From Candidatus Poribacteria bacterium (GTDB lineage Bacteria; Poribacteria; WGA-4E; WGA-3G), in contig CAXXUA010000011.1 of NCBI GenBank assembly GCA_963663765.2, forward strand, positions 64,001 to 128,000: DNA of 64,000 nt. The letters run 5' to 3'. Below the pieces are notes generated by a model. It had not been told where the DNA came from. It worked only from the letters and a program-made list of their open reading frames with translations, and did no database searches. The position numbers were made by a program, and so were the translations under genes. Below, piece after piece: positions 49,855-61,700 of this stretch (position 1 is its first letter; each line of letters opens with the position of its first letter).

Positions 49855-50997
49855 TTAGAATTTTATGCCTAAACTGACACGGTGTGCATCCTGCAAATAA
49901 CCGAAGTCAGCAAATGCGTAATCAAGCGAAATCATTGTTTCGCGGAAATTTAGGTGAATACCTAAACCAAGAGTCAGTCCTTCTTCATCATCACTTTGGT
50001 CAGGACCTAATCGAAATTTATAACCAGCGCGAATAGCTGCTGCCTTTTTGAACCAATATTCAAATCCTAAGTTCAAACGTTCGCTGTTGTCGTTTGGATG
50101 GTTGCCATCAAGCGCGACTGTGAGTAGGTTGCTATCATTGTCTATTAAATCATAAGCGACTCCAAGTCGGAAATTGGAGGGTAATGGATACTCAATGGTA
50201 TCCAATTCTGCTTTACGGGCAGGATTTGTTGTATCTGGAAAAGGTTGATATTCAGCAGTAAGTTCATCCCCAGCCTGTTCAACACCGGTTTCAAGGTCAG
50301 GACCGCCGAAACTCATCTCTGGTCCGAAGTTTGAGAACGACATACCGATACGCAGACTTCTCCAACCTGTATGGTATAACGTACCAATATCAATTGCAAC
50401 ACCCCTTGCATTTGCACGATGTATCTGTTGATGAATGTATTTCACATTGAAACCAAGAGAAAGTTTAGCACCAGAATCCTTGTGATAGAGTTCCCTTGAA
50501 TAAGCTAAGGAGACTGCGGTGTCCCAGGCAGAATACCAAAGTCCTGTACCATCAGGTTGGGCAAGGGTTGTAATCTCTGTATCGGGGACATTGAGGAAAG
50601 TAACACTTGCACCTAATGTGCCGACCTTTTCTATCGGTGTTGCAAATGCAAGATAGTTATATCGGACATCAGCAAGCCATATCGTGTGTGTGTCAGAAAA
50701 ACTGGTCTTATCCAGCTGACTTAAACCCGCAGGATTCCAATAGATAGTAGTGACATCGTTAGCTATTGCGCTGAATGCACCGCCTAAACTATCCACACGC
50801 GCACCCGGTCCTATTTTGAGAAATTGTGCACCCGCAGTGCCAACATTCGTTGTCGCATCACTGGCAGTTACACTTGAATAAAGAGTAAAAACTAAAGCAC
50901 AAATTGCTAACAATAACAAGTGAAATACTGATTTTCCTTTTCTATTTAATCCGTTTCTATAGTCAACAAGACTATTACAATAATTGTCATTTCGCAT
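49855..50997 (-). CDS. PorV/PorQ-like (FadL-fold) outer-membrane protein
   Basis: AQFLKIGPGAR..LGGAF.AIANDV..IYWNPAGL; C-terminal LDYAF...HRVSLGIKF. Confidence 0.8.
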   Translation of the reverse strand: MRNDNYCNSLVDYRNGLNRKGKSVFHLLLLAICALVFTLYSSVTASDATTNVGTAGAQFLKIGPGARVDSLGGAFSAIANDVTTIYWNPAGLSQLDKTSFSDTHTIWLADVRYNYLAFATPIEKVGTLGASVTFLNVPDTEITTLAQPDGTGLWYSAWDTAVSLAYSRELYHKDSGAKLSLGFNVKYIHQQIHRANARGVAIDIGTLYHTGWRSLRIGMSFSNFGPEMSFGGPDLETGVEQAGDELTAEYQPFPDTTNPARKAELDTIEYPLPSNFRLGVAYDLIDNDSNLLTVALDGNHPNDNSERLNLGFEYWFKKAAAIRAGYKFRLGPDQSDDEEGLTLGLGIHLNFRETMISLDYAFADFGYLQDAHRVSLGIKF

Positions 50998-51022
50998 AAG
51001 TTTCTCCTAATAGGTAGTATTC

Positions 51023-54022
51023 TTAACGAATGATTGCGAATCTTCCAATTTTATTTCCAATTACATCGTTCTTTTCATCTTGTGCTTCAACATGGAAAAT
51101 ATAGACACCGCTTGCAAGTGCTTGATTATATCGATTTAGCAAATCAAATTCGGCAGTTCCTCCTTTGTTCCCTTGTGCCAATCGTTCATCAGGATTGAAG
51201 TCTGTATCACTATCGTGTTTGATTTCCCGAACCAACTCACCAACCAAGGTATAAATCCGAATTGTACAACGAGGAGGTAGCTTTGTGAAAAATACCTTAT
51301 CAGTTCCTTCTGAATTCACTGCTTTATTTGTTACAAAGTATGGGTTTGGTACGACCCGGATATTCCCAAGATCATTCTTTATGCTTTCATCTGCGAGTGA
51401 TCCACCCGTTGTATTCAATAATAGTTCGTCACCGTCTTGAGGTGCAGATTCACCACCCATTTCAACTGTAAATACATCACCAGCAGAGAGTTCACCATTG
51501 GGATCAAAGATATATACGTAAGCACTGCGGATGTAAATCCGGAAAAAACCAGGTGTATCCTCTGGATTGTATTCATCACTCCAAACTGAACCAGTCAATA
51601 TTGCATATCCATCGGCACGTTCAGGGTTGAATTCAATTTCCTCACCTGATTCTTCGTCCACAACTTTGACATGGGTATCGTCTATAAACGAAATAGTATA
51701 GGTATGGGGACGAAAATATGTTGACCACCAGACATTTGGCCATGAATTCTCACCGACCCCGGGTGATTCTGTTATCACAGAATAATCCGTAACAGTACCT
51801 TCAGTTAGTTTTACAGAGTTAACTGAGTTTTCACCTGGGGAATCATAAGATACATTAAAACCTATAATTTTCAAAATAATTCCATCAAACAATGGAGAGA
51901 GAATTTCAACAGCTTCTTGATGTTCAGGATCGTACCATCCAAAAGGCTGTTTTTCAACCACTGTTTTATTGGTTGAAGTATCAATAATTTCATAAGCAGG
52001 AGGTTGATAACCGGGACCCGTAATGTATGCTCCAGCTCCTGTTTGTTTTGCACCATACCAAACTATTTTGTATTGATTCCCAGTAACCTTATCGGGGATG
52101 AGTACCATCGGTTCAACTGTTACTGCAAGTGAGCTTGTGGGGTCAATCTCAATGATCGGTTCTCTATATCCTGCAGGTTGTGCACGTGGAACAACATGAA
52201 CCATCGTTTCAATCTGACTGCTTTCCATTGCGGGTAACATTTTCTTAGGATTACCAGTATCATAAGAGGTGACAGCGTAGGTGTATTGGAGTCCGTTGGT
52301 GAGACCGGTATCGGTAAAGAAATTCTTGATACCGACATCTTCACCAAGTGCAATTGACGGAGTGGAAACAATCTGAAAGATGTCACCTGCTACTGGTGGA
52401 CCAGTAGGTCCATCGGTGATTTTAACATAGAGCCCTCCGAAATATATCTGTTCGCCAGACCGATATGTTCCATCTGGATAGGGTTCCCCTGTATTTGGAT
52501 CTTTTACTACAACATAACCCTCACCATTTGAAGGAAAATCTGGGTTATATTCCATCACTTCCCAAAGTGTAGTATTAATGATTTCGAAACTTGTGCTGGA
52601 ATTGAACTTGATGGCATAGGTTGCACTTTTAAAGAAATCGGCAAAGAACGGCTCATCACCCATACTTTCTATAATTGCATCTGACTTTTTACCGACGTGT
52701 GAAGTAGTGAAAAAATTTCCTGTGTTACTGAATTGGTCGTATTCTATTAGCAATTCCCATTTTTCTATAGGTTTTCCACTATTTTCTTCAAAAGCAGTAT
52801 CACGTCTATATACTCTGTATCCTTCAAAAATCTTTTCTGGATCAGTAATGTCAACATATTCTTCGATACTCTTCTTTTCTTCATTATCAACCCATTGTTC
52901 TTGACTTTCCCATACAAGAGTAACTTGTCCATCAGCAGGGATTGCAGACACCAGTGGTGAGGGAGGAGGTGCGGGGGCAACATAATCATCGTCATATAAT
53001 TTCTGTGCCCAATCTGAAGCAGATTGTAATCCTGTAAGTCCTTCACCAATTGCTACTGCGATGATGACGTTGAATGTCTCACCAGGAGCAAGTGTATCAA
53101 TTGGACCGTAGGATTGGATAAAACGTTGATCGTCATAGTTTGCAGGAAGGGGTTCAATACCAGGGGTACTGATAAGTGCATACATTTCTGCATCTGTTGA
53201 TGGATCAGTGTCTATGGTGATTCGTTTATGTGCAATAAAATCAATTACTGCATCCTCAACGTGTGGATCATTACCCATATACGCATCCAATACACGTAGA
53301 CCTATATACCCTGGAGCAGATCCGTTAGAATATCCATAGGATAAGTAACGGTTTGGGTGTTTTTCTGGATTCAACCCATCAGGTGTTTGATCCAATGCAA
53401 CAAAATCATCCCCAGAGTAATTTGCTGTTCCAGTTTCGTTACTGGATACATCAACGTCATACCGAAAAGCCATGAATACATCTTCAAGTGTGTCGTTTCC
53501 AACATTTTTAACTTGATACTCAATGATAAAGAAATCATAGAGTGGTGCATAGCTCCACTGAAAGCAGTTGACATCAATTTCTAAACCGAGAATTACATCT
53601 GTGTTAACTTCTGTATTTGTATCAGTACATTTGAATTGTATTCGCTGCTGTGTTGGTGTTCCTTTAGATGTTACACCAGGTTTTTGAGAGTAAATATTTA
53701 CAGGTAGTCCTGTCTCTGGATGCATAATTGGAATAGGCCAAATCTCACTTTGTCTTCCATCAGCCTCAGCGACACCGACCTCACCGTTCTTTTTTGCGCC
53801 AATCCAGATATCACCTTCATAAATATAGGAGTCGTTTGTACCTGCTGGCCACCATCCTGAAGGGTTCAACGTGGGGTTACTTGGAAAACCGACTACACCT
53901 GTATTGAAAATAGCAGATGATAGATTTCCAACATCAAGGGCTTCCCATTCTTCTGCAGCATTTGCAGAGAGGACAGTAACTGCTATAACCGTGAATAACA
54001 AACTTTTTCGCAGTAATTTCAT
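51023..54022 (-). CDS. large secreted protein with Fn3-like segment and T9SS-CTD/FlgD-like C-terminus
   Basis: Signal peptide, APPPSP...VTLVW, FEGYRVYR, YTYAVTSYD, IRVVPNPY...IRIYTLVGELVR...ASGVYIF...GRFAIIR. Confidence 0.8.
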   Translation of the reverse strand: MKLLRKSLLFTVIAVTVLSANAAEEWEALDVGNLSSAIFNTGVVGFPSNPTLNPSGWWPAGTNDSYIYEGDIWIGAKKNGEVGVAEADGRQSEIWPIPIMHPETGLPVNIYSQKPGVTSKGTPTQQRIQFKCTDTNTEVNTDVILGLEIDVNCFQWSYAPLYDFFIIEYQVKNVGNDTLEDVFMAFRYDVDVSSNETGTANYSGDDFVALDQTPDGLNPEKHPNRYLSYGYSNGSAPGYIGLRVLDAYMGNDPHVEDAVIDFIAHKRITIDTDPSTDAEMYALISTPGIEPLPANYDDQRFIQSYGPIDTLAPGETFNVIIAVAIGEGLTGLQSASDWAQKLYDDDYVAPAPPPSPLVSAIPADGQVTLVWESQEQWVDNEEKKSIEEYVDITDPEKIFEGYRVYRRDTAFEENSGKPIEKWELLIEYDQFSNTGNFFTTSHVGKKSDAIIESMGDEPFFADFFKSATYAIKFNSSTSFEIINTTLWEVMEYNPDFPSNGEGYVVVKDPNTGEPYPDGTYRSGEQIYFGGLYVKITDGPTGPPVAGDIFQIVSTPSIALGEDVGIKNFFTDTGLTNGLQYTYAVTSYDTGNPKKMLPAMESSQIETMVHVVPRAQPAGYREPIIEIDPTSSLAVTVEPMVLIPDKVTGNQYKIVWYGAKQTGAGAYITGPGYQPPAYEIIDTSTNKTVVEKQPFGWYDPEHQEAVEILSPLFDGIILKIIGFNVSYDSPGENSVNSVKLTEGTVTDYSVITESPGVGENSWPNVWWSTYFRPHTYTISFIDDTHVKVVDEESGEEIEFNPERADGYAILTGSVWSDEYNPEDTPGFFRIYIRSAYVYIFDPNGELSAGDVFTVEMGGESAPQDGDELLLNTTGGSLADESIKNDLGNIRVVPNPYFVTNKAVNSEGTDKVFFTKLPPRCTIRIYTLVGELVREIKHDSDTDFNPDERLAQGNKGGTAEFDLLNRYNQALASGVYIFHVEAQDEKNDVIGNKIGRFAIIR

Positions 54023-54156
54023 TTTTTTCTCCTTTTTCCCTCTTATAGTGCGGTGTTCTCAAATTCAACCATTTTCAGACACTTGCAAAAATATCAGTTC
54101 TTATTGCTAATTATATCATACTTCACGTTTTTGTTTTCTGAACTCTACTAAAGCAT

Positions 54157-56067
54157 TCACTGGTCTTCAGTGATCTCATAAATACGGTACCTTTGTCTAT
54201 TACCATTACCAACGTTAACTTCTTCATCATAAATCAATGGGAAATCATATTCTGTTTGTGTAATTGAGAAGAGATACGGAATTGCCCTTGCTGCGCGTGC
54301 TTCATTTGCCCTTTGTATAAGATTGTCCAATGTACTTGCTCCACTTTGGATGATTCTGTATGTTGATCTGTCAGCATGATACATCAAGTCAAAATGTGCG
54401 CCGATGCGTTGATCATCCGTGAAAAAACAAGCATTTTCAGGAAATTCACTTTGTATACGTTTCCCGCTTTCTACATACAATGGTGTTTGTGCATTCCGTT
54501 CTATTACGTTGTTAGTAGCATCTACATATCTACCTACATAAAAGAATGCAATACCGAGTGCTGCAATTCGAACACCCATCCATATCCATTTTTGCCATCC
54601 TGTTTTGCGTATCAGTAAATAAATCCCACAGAATACTGACAGTAAAATTCCAAATACAATAAGTTGTTCAACAATAACAAAATGCTTGTGAATAATCTTT
54701 GCAAATCTATTTATTGCATCAACTTGTAACAATCCGATACCTTTCCCACTTACCATTAGCGAAGTCCATTTCTCTTTGTGGATTAACTTTCCCCCAAGAG
54801 CAATGCCAACAATAGCCAGCATTGATGAACCCCAAATAGCAGTGTAAATCCAATCCTTTCGTTTCCAAACCCGACTAATGACAGCAGCCAAACATATTAG
54901 CAACGGTGGTACAGAAATCATTGTCGCTGAAGGTGTTTTTGTAGTTGCAAATGTATGCGGTACAATAACACCTATAGCCCAAGCCAACAAAAACAGTTCA
55001 GGCATTCGCCAGTTTTTAACCAAGACAACAAGCAGACACAACACGACTGCAAACAGTGCTGCATAAATCCACGGGTAGAACATCGGCATATATTCAAACA
55101 AAGGTCTGTCCCACGATGCCCCCCAACCTTCAACATTCGTATTTAAATGGTCAATGACACGTTTGTGTTCCCATAGAAACTCCTTCGTATGTCTTATCAA
55201 GCAATAGACTGTCCAAGGTGCTACAGTTGCAATTCCTGCAAGTAGAATTATACCAACATCCTTAAGTCGAATTTGTATGTTTTCTTTAAATAATTCTCGG
55301 TTTTCTTCGTTTTCAATATTATCCTTTGTAGAGTTTCTGCGGTATAAATGCTTTTTTAACTTTTCAACATAAGTAGGGATTCTGGGCAATATATGTCGTT
55401 TGAACCACACAACAAACCACACAGAAAATGCTATACCAAACGTAATCAGTGCCAGGTAACTTTTTGAGAGATATGCAATTCCCATTGCTATCCCTGCTAA
55501 GATATAATTTCTACGACTTCCACTCCGCATTCCAAGAAGCAAGAACCAACATGAAACTTGCACCCACAGAAGCAGTGCTATATCTATGTGATCCGAATAC
55601 CGATAACCGTGAACAGAAGCAAAAAGAAACGGGTTGAAAGCCTGAAGAAACGCTGCAATTAGTCCTGCTCGTTTATCAAAAAGATCAGATGCTATTTTAA
55701 ATGTTAACCAAGCACAGAGAACCAAACTAATCGCCGATGGTAATCGGAGTGCAAATGTGTTGATACCAAATATGAAGTGTGATAGACATATCTGCCACAT
55801 TGCCATTGGCGGCTTGTGTAGCCATATATGGTTTTCTCCCCATTTAGTGTAATCGTATTTAAGCCACGGTTGGTCGTATAATGTAAACCTCAAGGGATGT
55901 TTCGTCAAATTACGAGCGACAATTGCATGATAACTCTCATCCCAATAGTGTGTCTTACTGTGACCAAGGTTTCGCAATACCAATACAAACGATGAAATTA
56001 ATATACAAATAAGAATGATTCTAACAACAAGAGACTCCCTATCTGAGTTTATATTTTCAAAAATCAT
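54157..56067 (-). CDS. GT-C (ArnT/PMT-like) membrane glycosyltransferase
   Basis: WDESYH, HKPP, LRLPSA, multiple TM helices. Confidence 0.85.
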   Translation of the reverse strand: MIFENINSDRESLVVRIILICILISSFVLVLRNLGHSKTHYWDESYHAIVARNLTKHPLRFTLYDQPWLKYDYTKWGENHIWLHKPPMAMWQICLSHFIFGINTFALRLPSAISLVLCAWLTFKIASDLFDKRAGLIAAFLQAFNPFLFASVHGYRYSDHIDIALLLWVQVSCWFLLLGMRSGSRRNYILAGIAMGIAYLSKSYLALITFGIAFSVWFVVWFKRHILPRIPTYVEKLKKHLYRRNSTKDNIENEENRELFKENIQIRLKDVGIILLAGIATVAPWTVYCLIRHTKEFLWEHKRVIDHLNTNVEGWGASWDRPLFEYMPMFYPWIYAALFAVVLCLLVVLVKNWRMPELFLLAWAIGVIVPHTFATTKTPSATMISVPPLLICLAAVISRVWKRKDWIYTAIWGSSMLAIVGIALGGKLIHKEKWTSLMVSGKGIGLLQVDAINRFAKIIHKHFVIVEQLIVFGILLSVFCGIYLLIRKTGWQKWIWMGVRIAALGIAFFYVGRYVDATNNVIERNAQTPLYVESGKRIQSEFPENACFFTDDQRIGAHFDLMYHADRSTYRIIQSGASTLDNLIQRANEARAARAIPYLFSITQTEYDFPLIYDEEVNVGNGNRQRYRIYEITEDQ

Positions 56068-56137
56068 CTATGATGTCGCGAGTTGCTGAAATACTTACAG
56101 TCTCTTCCTATTTTGGTATTTACTTTGTGTTTGTTGC

Positions 56138-57139
56138 CTAAACCCATCCATCCTCAATCATCAGGGTTAATGGGGACTCCATCTCTTCCATTGGTAATCT
56201 TACGCGTTGCCTTTTCCGTGATGATTCATATATTGCCATGAGTAGTTCCAACGTTGCATAACCTTCATAACCACTTGAACGGTGTTCTCTATCTTCTTCA
56301 ACGGTTTCTATCATGTCACGAACAGGGTTGCTACCAGATGGTAATTCTGGAGACACCCATTCTCCATTGGATTCTGAGTTACGAATACGAATCCCAGGAC
56401 CACCCGGTGCAGCAAGTTCAAGTTCACCACCTGATCCATAACAGTATATGTGATGATAACCCGGTGCTGTATCGTTCCCAGATTCAATAATTCCTCTTAC
56501 GTTATCTTCAAACTTAAAATATCCAATTGCAAAGTCTTCAGAGTGTAAATCGTATTTTGTTGGTGTGCCGATTCTTTCAATCTGTCCTATAACCCAACTG
56601 ACTGGCTTATCACCATAGACATACAACATAAGGTCGACTGTATGTGTAGCGTTATCCTTTAGGTCTCCACCACCACATATTCCGTGAATGCGGTAAATTT
56701 CACCTATCGCACCGTCTGCAATCATCTGTCGTGCATGTTGGTAGGGAGTGCTAAAGCGTACTTGATGGTCAATTGCAAGTTTCACACCATGTTGTTTACA
56801 TGCTTCAAGCATTGATTTTGCTTGTCCAAGGTTTTCTGCCATCGGTTTTTCAGATAAAATACCCTTGACCCTTCGTTTAGCAGTTTCAACCACAATCGGT
56901 GCATGGTGTTTCGGGCGCGTACACACTGAAACCAGATCAATCTCTTCGTTTTCAAGCATGTCAACGTAATCAGTGTATTTTTTCTCTACGTTATGCCTTT
57001 CACCGAACGAGTTTAATCGTTCTTCGTCAAGGTCAGCAATTGCTATAATATTAGTTCTCGGTTCGTTCACATACCATCCTGCATGCATATGTGAAATACC
57101 ACCGCAACCGACTATTGCAACGTTGTAGTTTTTATCCAT
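56138..57139 (-). CDS. Gfo/Idh/MocA family oxidoreductase
   Basis: IVGCGGI, EKPMA, HQVRF. Confidence 0.9.
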   Translation of the reverse strand: MDKNYNVAIVGCGGISHMHAGWYVNEPRTNIIAIADLDEERLNSFGERHNVEKKYTDYVDMLENEEIDLVSVCTRPKHHAPIVVETAKRRVKGILSEKPMAENLGQAKSMLEACKQHGVKLAIDHQVRFSTPYQHARQMIADGAIGEIYRIHGICGGGDLKDNATHTVDLMLYVYGDKPVSWVIGQIERIGTPTKYDLHSEDFAIGYFKFEDNVRGIIESGNDTAPGYHHIYCYGSGGELELAAPGGPGIRIRNSESNGEWVSPELPSGSNPVRDMIETVEEDREHRSSGYEGYATLELLMAIYESSRKRQRVRLPMEEMESPLTLMIEDGWV

Positions 57140-57156
57140 TCATATTCCTTTCATTA

Positions 57157-57984
57157 CTATAAGCCAGATTCGTTTATTTTATTGTAGATGTCAGTTCCCA
57201 TGGTCACCAATTCCTCTCGAATTTCATCCCAATCATCTCGGTCATTTTTACCTTTGTTTAGGACAGGAAATTGAACTCTTATCTGCTTCGGAGAGTCGTT
57301 ATAGTCATAGGTATAGTCAGATTCCGGAAATAATTCCATCACACCGTCTCTACGATCCAAAGGATTTTCTCCCTGGAAGTACAACTGAATATAACAACGT
57401 TGGTTGGAAACAAAAAGGCAGACACTAATATTGCGAATACTTTTCGGTATCCAACCATCATTACTAAGAGGAACGGGTCTTCCAGTAAATAACTCACCAA
57501 ACTTACCTTCTCGGATAGGAGCCCAAAACTCGCTATACCCAACTTCACCGTGTTTTTCAGTTTGAATATCTATTGCGGGGCGCGCAACATGATGAAAAGA
57601 GAGTTCGTTGTGTGAATTTGCTTGTGCTTGAATCAGATACCAATTGACGTTACTATCTTCATTGCGTAGATTGCAGGTAACTATCATTAGTTCTTCAAAG
57701 TCTTCTGCAACTAAAACTGCTACATCAGCCTTCTTTAATCGTGCATAAGCTTCAAGTCTACCCCAATGATCCCAATCTGCTTTACCAAATTGGTTTTCAA
57801 TTACAAGTGTACCATCCTCTCCATCAGCAACAATATCTGCTCTTCGTGTGCCGACATTGGCTTCTGTTTCTGGGTCTTCAAAATCACCGACGTTAAGTGC
57901 GTCAAGAGTATTGGCAAGATCCGCTGAGAATTCCTCTTCACGGTTATATATCTCGGATAGTGGTTTTGTTTTTTGTAGGTTCAT
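57157..57984 (-). CDS. PD-(D/E)xK-like nuclease-fold protein with DUF4268-like C-terminus
   Basis: E...ADIV...VIENQ...DH.G motif; C-terminal FW...W domain. Q rather than K in the ExK position. Confidence 0.6.
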   Translation of the reverse strand: MNLQKTKPLSEIYNREEEFSADLANTLDALNVGDFEDPETEANVGTRRADIVADGEDGTLVIENQFGKADWDHWGRLEAYARLKKADVAVLVAEDFEELMIVTCNLRNEDSNVNWYLIQAQANSHNELSFHHVARPAIDIQTEKHGEVGYSEFWAPIREGKFGELFTGRPVPLSNDGWIPKSIRNISVCLFVSNQRCYIQLYFQGENPLDRRDGVMELFPESDYTYDYNDSPKQIRVQFPVLNKGKNDRDDWDEIREELVTMGTDIYNKINESGL

Positions 57985-58007
57985 TTGAGTTTCCCATACA
58001 ATACTTG

Positions 58008-58244
58008 TTATCGTTCGTGATGAATATTTAGGTGTTTAGTGTCGTCCATGACTTTTAATACGAATCTTAATGCTTCATTAACGACTTTTTCGTTCGGAAA
58101 AGCTGCGGCAACATCTGGATCAAGTTTGATAATATTTGTACCGGCAGTGTATTGCTCAGCATATTTTCCACGGATACCGTTTTTTAGCAACGTTTCATCG
58201 TATTCAGGACGCAATTCGTCATTAAGATCGGATTTGTTATCCAT
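58008..58244 (-). CDS. BrnA-like antitoxin
   Basis: DELRPEYD, RGKYA, LDPDVAAAFP..VNEALR; start overlaps the toxin stop. Confidence 0.75.
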   Translation of the reverse strand: MDNKSDLNDELRPEYDETLLKNGIRGKYAEQYTAGTNIIKLDPDVAAAFPNEKVVNEALRFVLKVMDDTKHLNIHHER

Positions 58245-58509
58245 TTTCGTATATTCTCCGTTCTCTGAGTGTAGTTTTACGAGCATTGATAATTCGGATT
58301 CGCTGCCCGCGATCTGTATGAGAAATAATTAATAACCTTCTTTGAATTGACTCACCAATTGTAATGTTTCTACTCTCATCATGTGAATGATCTGGATCAA
58401 AAAATGTAAGGGACAAAGGATCCGCAAATACAGTTGATGCTTCGTGAAAAGATACATTATGTTTAGAAAAATTATTTGCTGCTTTGTTAGGGTCCCATTC
58501 AAATTCCAT
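58237..58509 (-). CDS. brnT: BrnT family ribonuclease toxin (DUF497)
   Basis: MEFEWDPNKA..N..KH.VSF.EA..VF.D, IRII.ARK.T..ER..YE. Confidence 0.9.
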   Translation of the reverse strand: MEFEWDPNKAANNFSKHNVSFHEASTVFADPLSLTFFDPDHSHDESRNITIGESIQRRLLIISHTDRGQRIRIINARKTTLRERRIYENG

Positions 58510-58710
58510 AATGTCAACTTAGAACCGGCTTGACAATGTTTTTTGAACACTCATGTTCAATCATCGCTTCAGTAACTTGGCTATTTCCACGTCATAGTTG
58601 TCATAGATACTTATTTCAGGACTTTCCCAATATTCTGCAATAGTTGAAAAGCGCTGGCGTAAATCTGCTGCTTAAACTTCGCCAATACCACATTCATTGA
58701 ATCTGCCCTC

Positions 58711-61700
58711 CTAAAAATCCAAACTCACTCCCACCATCATCAATCGCGGTGAACTCCATGAAGCTGGACTTGTATGTTTCTGTGCAGACAATGGAATACC
58801 ATACCTATCATAGGTAACTTCATCAATCAGATCATATAGGTTTTTTGTGTTGAAGATGTTACGAATATCCGCGAAGAAGGTATAGGTTATTCCTCTGATT
58901 TTACTCCGTTTGCTAATAAGTGCATCAACATTGTAGGTTGCAGGGTAACGTTTGGAGTTCACTGCAGGTTTGATGGGTGCACGGGGATTTGGTGTGTAGG
59001 GCAAGCCACTTGCATATCTTCCAACTAAGTTCACAGCAGAGGTAAAGGGTAACTGAATATCCAAGGTTGCAGATACAATATGACGTTGATCCCAATCTAA
59101 CGGATGACTTTCGGTCACTTCCGGTTGAGAACGATATGCAGTTAGATATCCCAATGCACGACTGGAACCCTTACCTTTGGCAACAGAATAGGTATAACTC
59201 AGCATCCCAGAGACAGGACTATTTCCTGTTCGCCACTTTCGGATAGCAAGTTCAAAACCCTGAACGCGTCCATATATATCATTGATGAAATAACTATAAT
59301 CGTTATTTATCCCTACGTATACACTACTGACAAGGTTGTTTATATCCTTTGTAAAACCAGTGATGTCAACTGTTAAGTCGTCCGTGAACTGTTGAATGAT
59401 ACCAACTTCATAAGCAATAGTTTTTTCCGGTTCAAGATCAGGATTCCCTCGTCTTCGGATTGCGCCGCGCATGTCAAAACTAAGATTTTCATAGAGATCG
59501 TCACCTCTCGGTATTTGATAATAGTGTCCATAGGTGAAGTGCAATTTCGTCTGGTCAGTTATTGGAAAGGAAATACCAAGACGAGGTGCGATCATGTGTT
59601 TGATAGAGGCATTAACTGGTTCATTGATGATAGGTAATCCAGATTTGATAAGTTTATCTTCACGTGCAAAGGAATCAAAGAGATCAGTCAGGTAGTCTGG
59701 TAGTTCGTCTCTTTTAACTTCTTCACCGGAACTTGTGACGAGTTGAACTTTACCGTCTTCACTTCTTTCGTGTCTGATTGTTTTGATTGTGCCATCATCA
59801 TTCAGTTCAAGTGGGTCCTCTGGGTTTTTAGGTGAGATACCATCTGGATCATAACGGTCATACCGTAATCCGATATTGACAATCATACCAGAATACTCCA
59901 TTTTATCTTGAGCATATAAACTGAGTGAAGATGGCGTGACATCATAATACTCCATATATAAGTTTGAACTACCATAGTTCGTAGTGCCAAGATAGTAGAG
60001 ATGGTTTGTGGAAAATTCAATTCCAGTCTGAATTTGGTGATTTTCCGTAATTTGACTTGCATAATTCCCTTTGAATATTGATGTTGTGGAATTGCGATCA
60101 ATCCAAGAGTTGTTATCTCCTGCGACAAAATAAGTTGAATCGTTATATGCCTGCTGGGCTGGGTTCCTAATTCTTCCTTCTATTTGATTCTGCATAAAAA
60201 CAGCTATTGCTGGATCGGGATACTGTTCAGCAATTACGGGGTCGACAGTAATCTCAGGATCCCAAGCATTTTCATCAAACTCTTTATTAAGCGGTTCCCA
60301 AACTTTACCGGGTTGATGACTGCTATAGGAACGGTGGAATTGTCCAAAAGTCAGTGTATAAAATGTACCTGAGTTAATATTGTGTGAAAGTTGAACAGAA
60401 AGACTACGTCCATCTCTATTATCTACCTCAATCGCGTTTGGGACGAACCGCAAACTACCACCATATCTATTGATTTCCCGGACATCGTAGAGCCCACTTG
60501 CTGTGAGTTTGACTTTAGGGGTAATCTCATACTTGAGTTTTCCCTGTAACGTGTGTCCTCCGCTACCACTATTGGGTAGATAACTTTCATCGCGACGCAA
60601 CTGACTGGCGAAGGAGAACGTTAAGCGATTGTCCCATATTGGACCACTAAGTGCGAATTCTCCTATATGACTCGGTGATAAACCATAGTCTTTATTATCA
60701 TTAAACAATCCACTGTACTCCTCCAAATCCACTATGTAACCATCAAATAATGTAACCTGTTTTTTCTCGTAGTCAATAATAGTACCATCAGCACCTTTGA
60801 AGGGTTGTCGGTCCATAATGATTTCACCTGTATCAGGATCAACCATGTGTTCACCAGTTTCTTGATCGGTTACTGGTTGTAGCGGATTTACTGTTCTATC
60901 TATATATACACCCGGATAGATCTCCGTGAAGACAATCTTTTCATCACCTTCAAGATTTTCTAAGTCTTCTACAGTAAGTTGACTTAGTTCGGCATCACGA
61001 TAGGGTTTCTGATATTCATAGGGTTTTCCTAAGAATACACCTCTAAAAGGTTCAAGTGCAATCGGACGAAAGTCGTTGTCTGGGTCAAACCAAGCTCCAT
61101 AGACAGGGTCACCATGATGCTGTCCCCATTGACCTACCCTATACCTGAAACTCCCCTTAAATTTGTTTGTACCAACTTTAGTGATTAGATTGATGATACC
61201 GGATTGTGCATCACCGTGTTCGGCATTGAATCCACCAGTAATCACTTCCATCTGCTCAAGTGCATTTGTGCTAATTTGCAATCCCAGTCCTCTAAATATT
61301 GGATCATTTACTGGAATCCCATCAATTAGATATTTTGTCTCCATTGACCTTCCACCGCGTATATGTAGTGAACCAGATGAATTTAGGACAGCAATTCCAG
61401 CTTGTGTTTGAAGAATACCGTTTACGGTATCACGCGGCATTGAAGAAATCTCATCCTTTTCAATTATCCGAGTCGTTTGTGTAACATCTTTTTTGATAAG
61501 CGGTTTGGTTGCTGTTACAGTTACACCTTCCAGTTCAACAACTTCAGATGCTTCTAAAGAAAAGTTTACTGTTGTAGTTAAGCCTGCAAATACTTTGGAT
61601 TCTGTTATTGTCTTTGAACGGTAGCCGGTGATTTCAACTTGTATATCATAATCACCAGGAGAGATGTTGGTCATAACGAAATAACCGGATTCGTTTGTTG

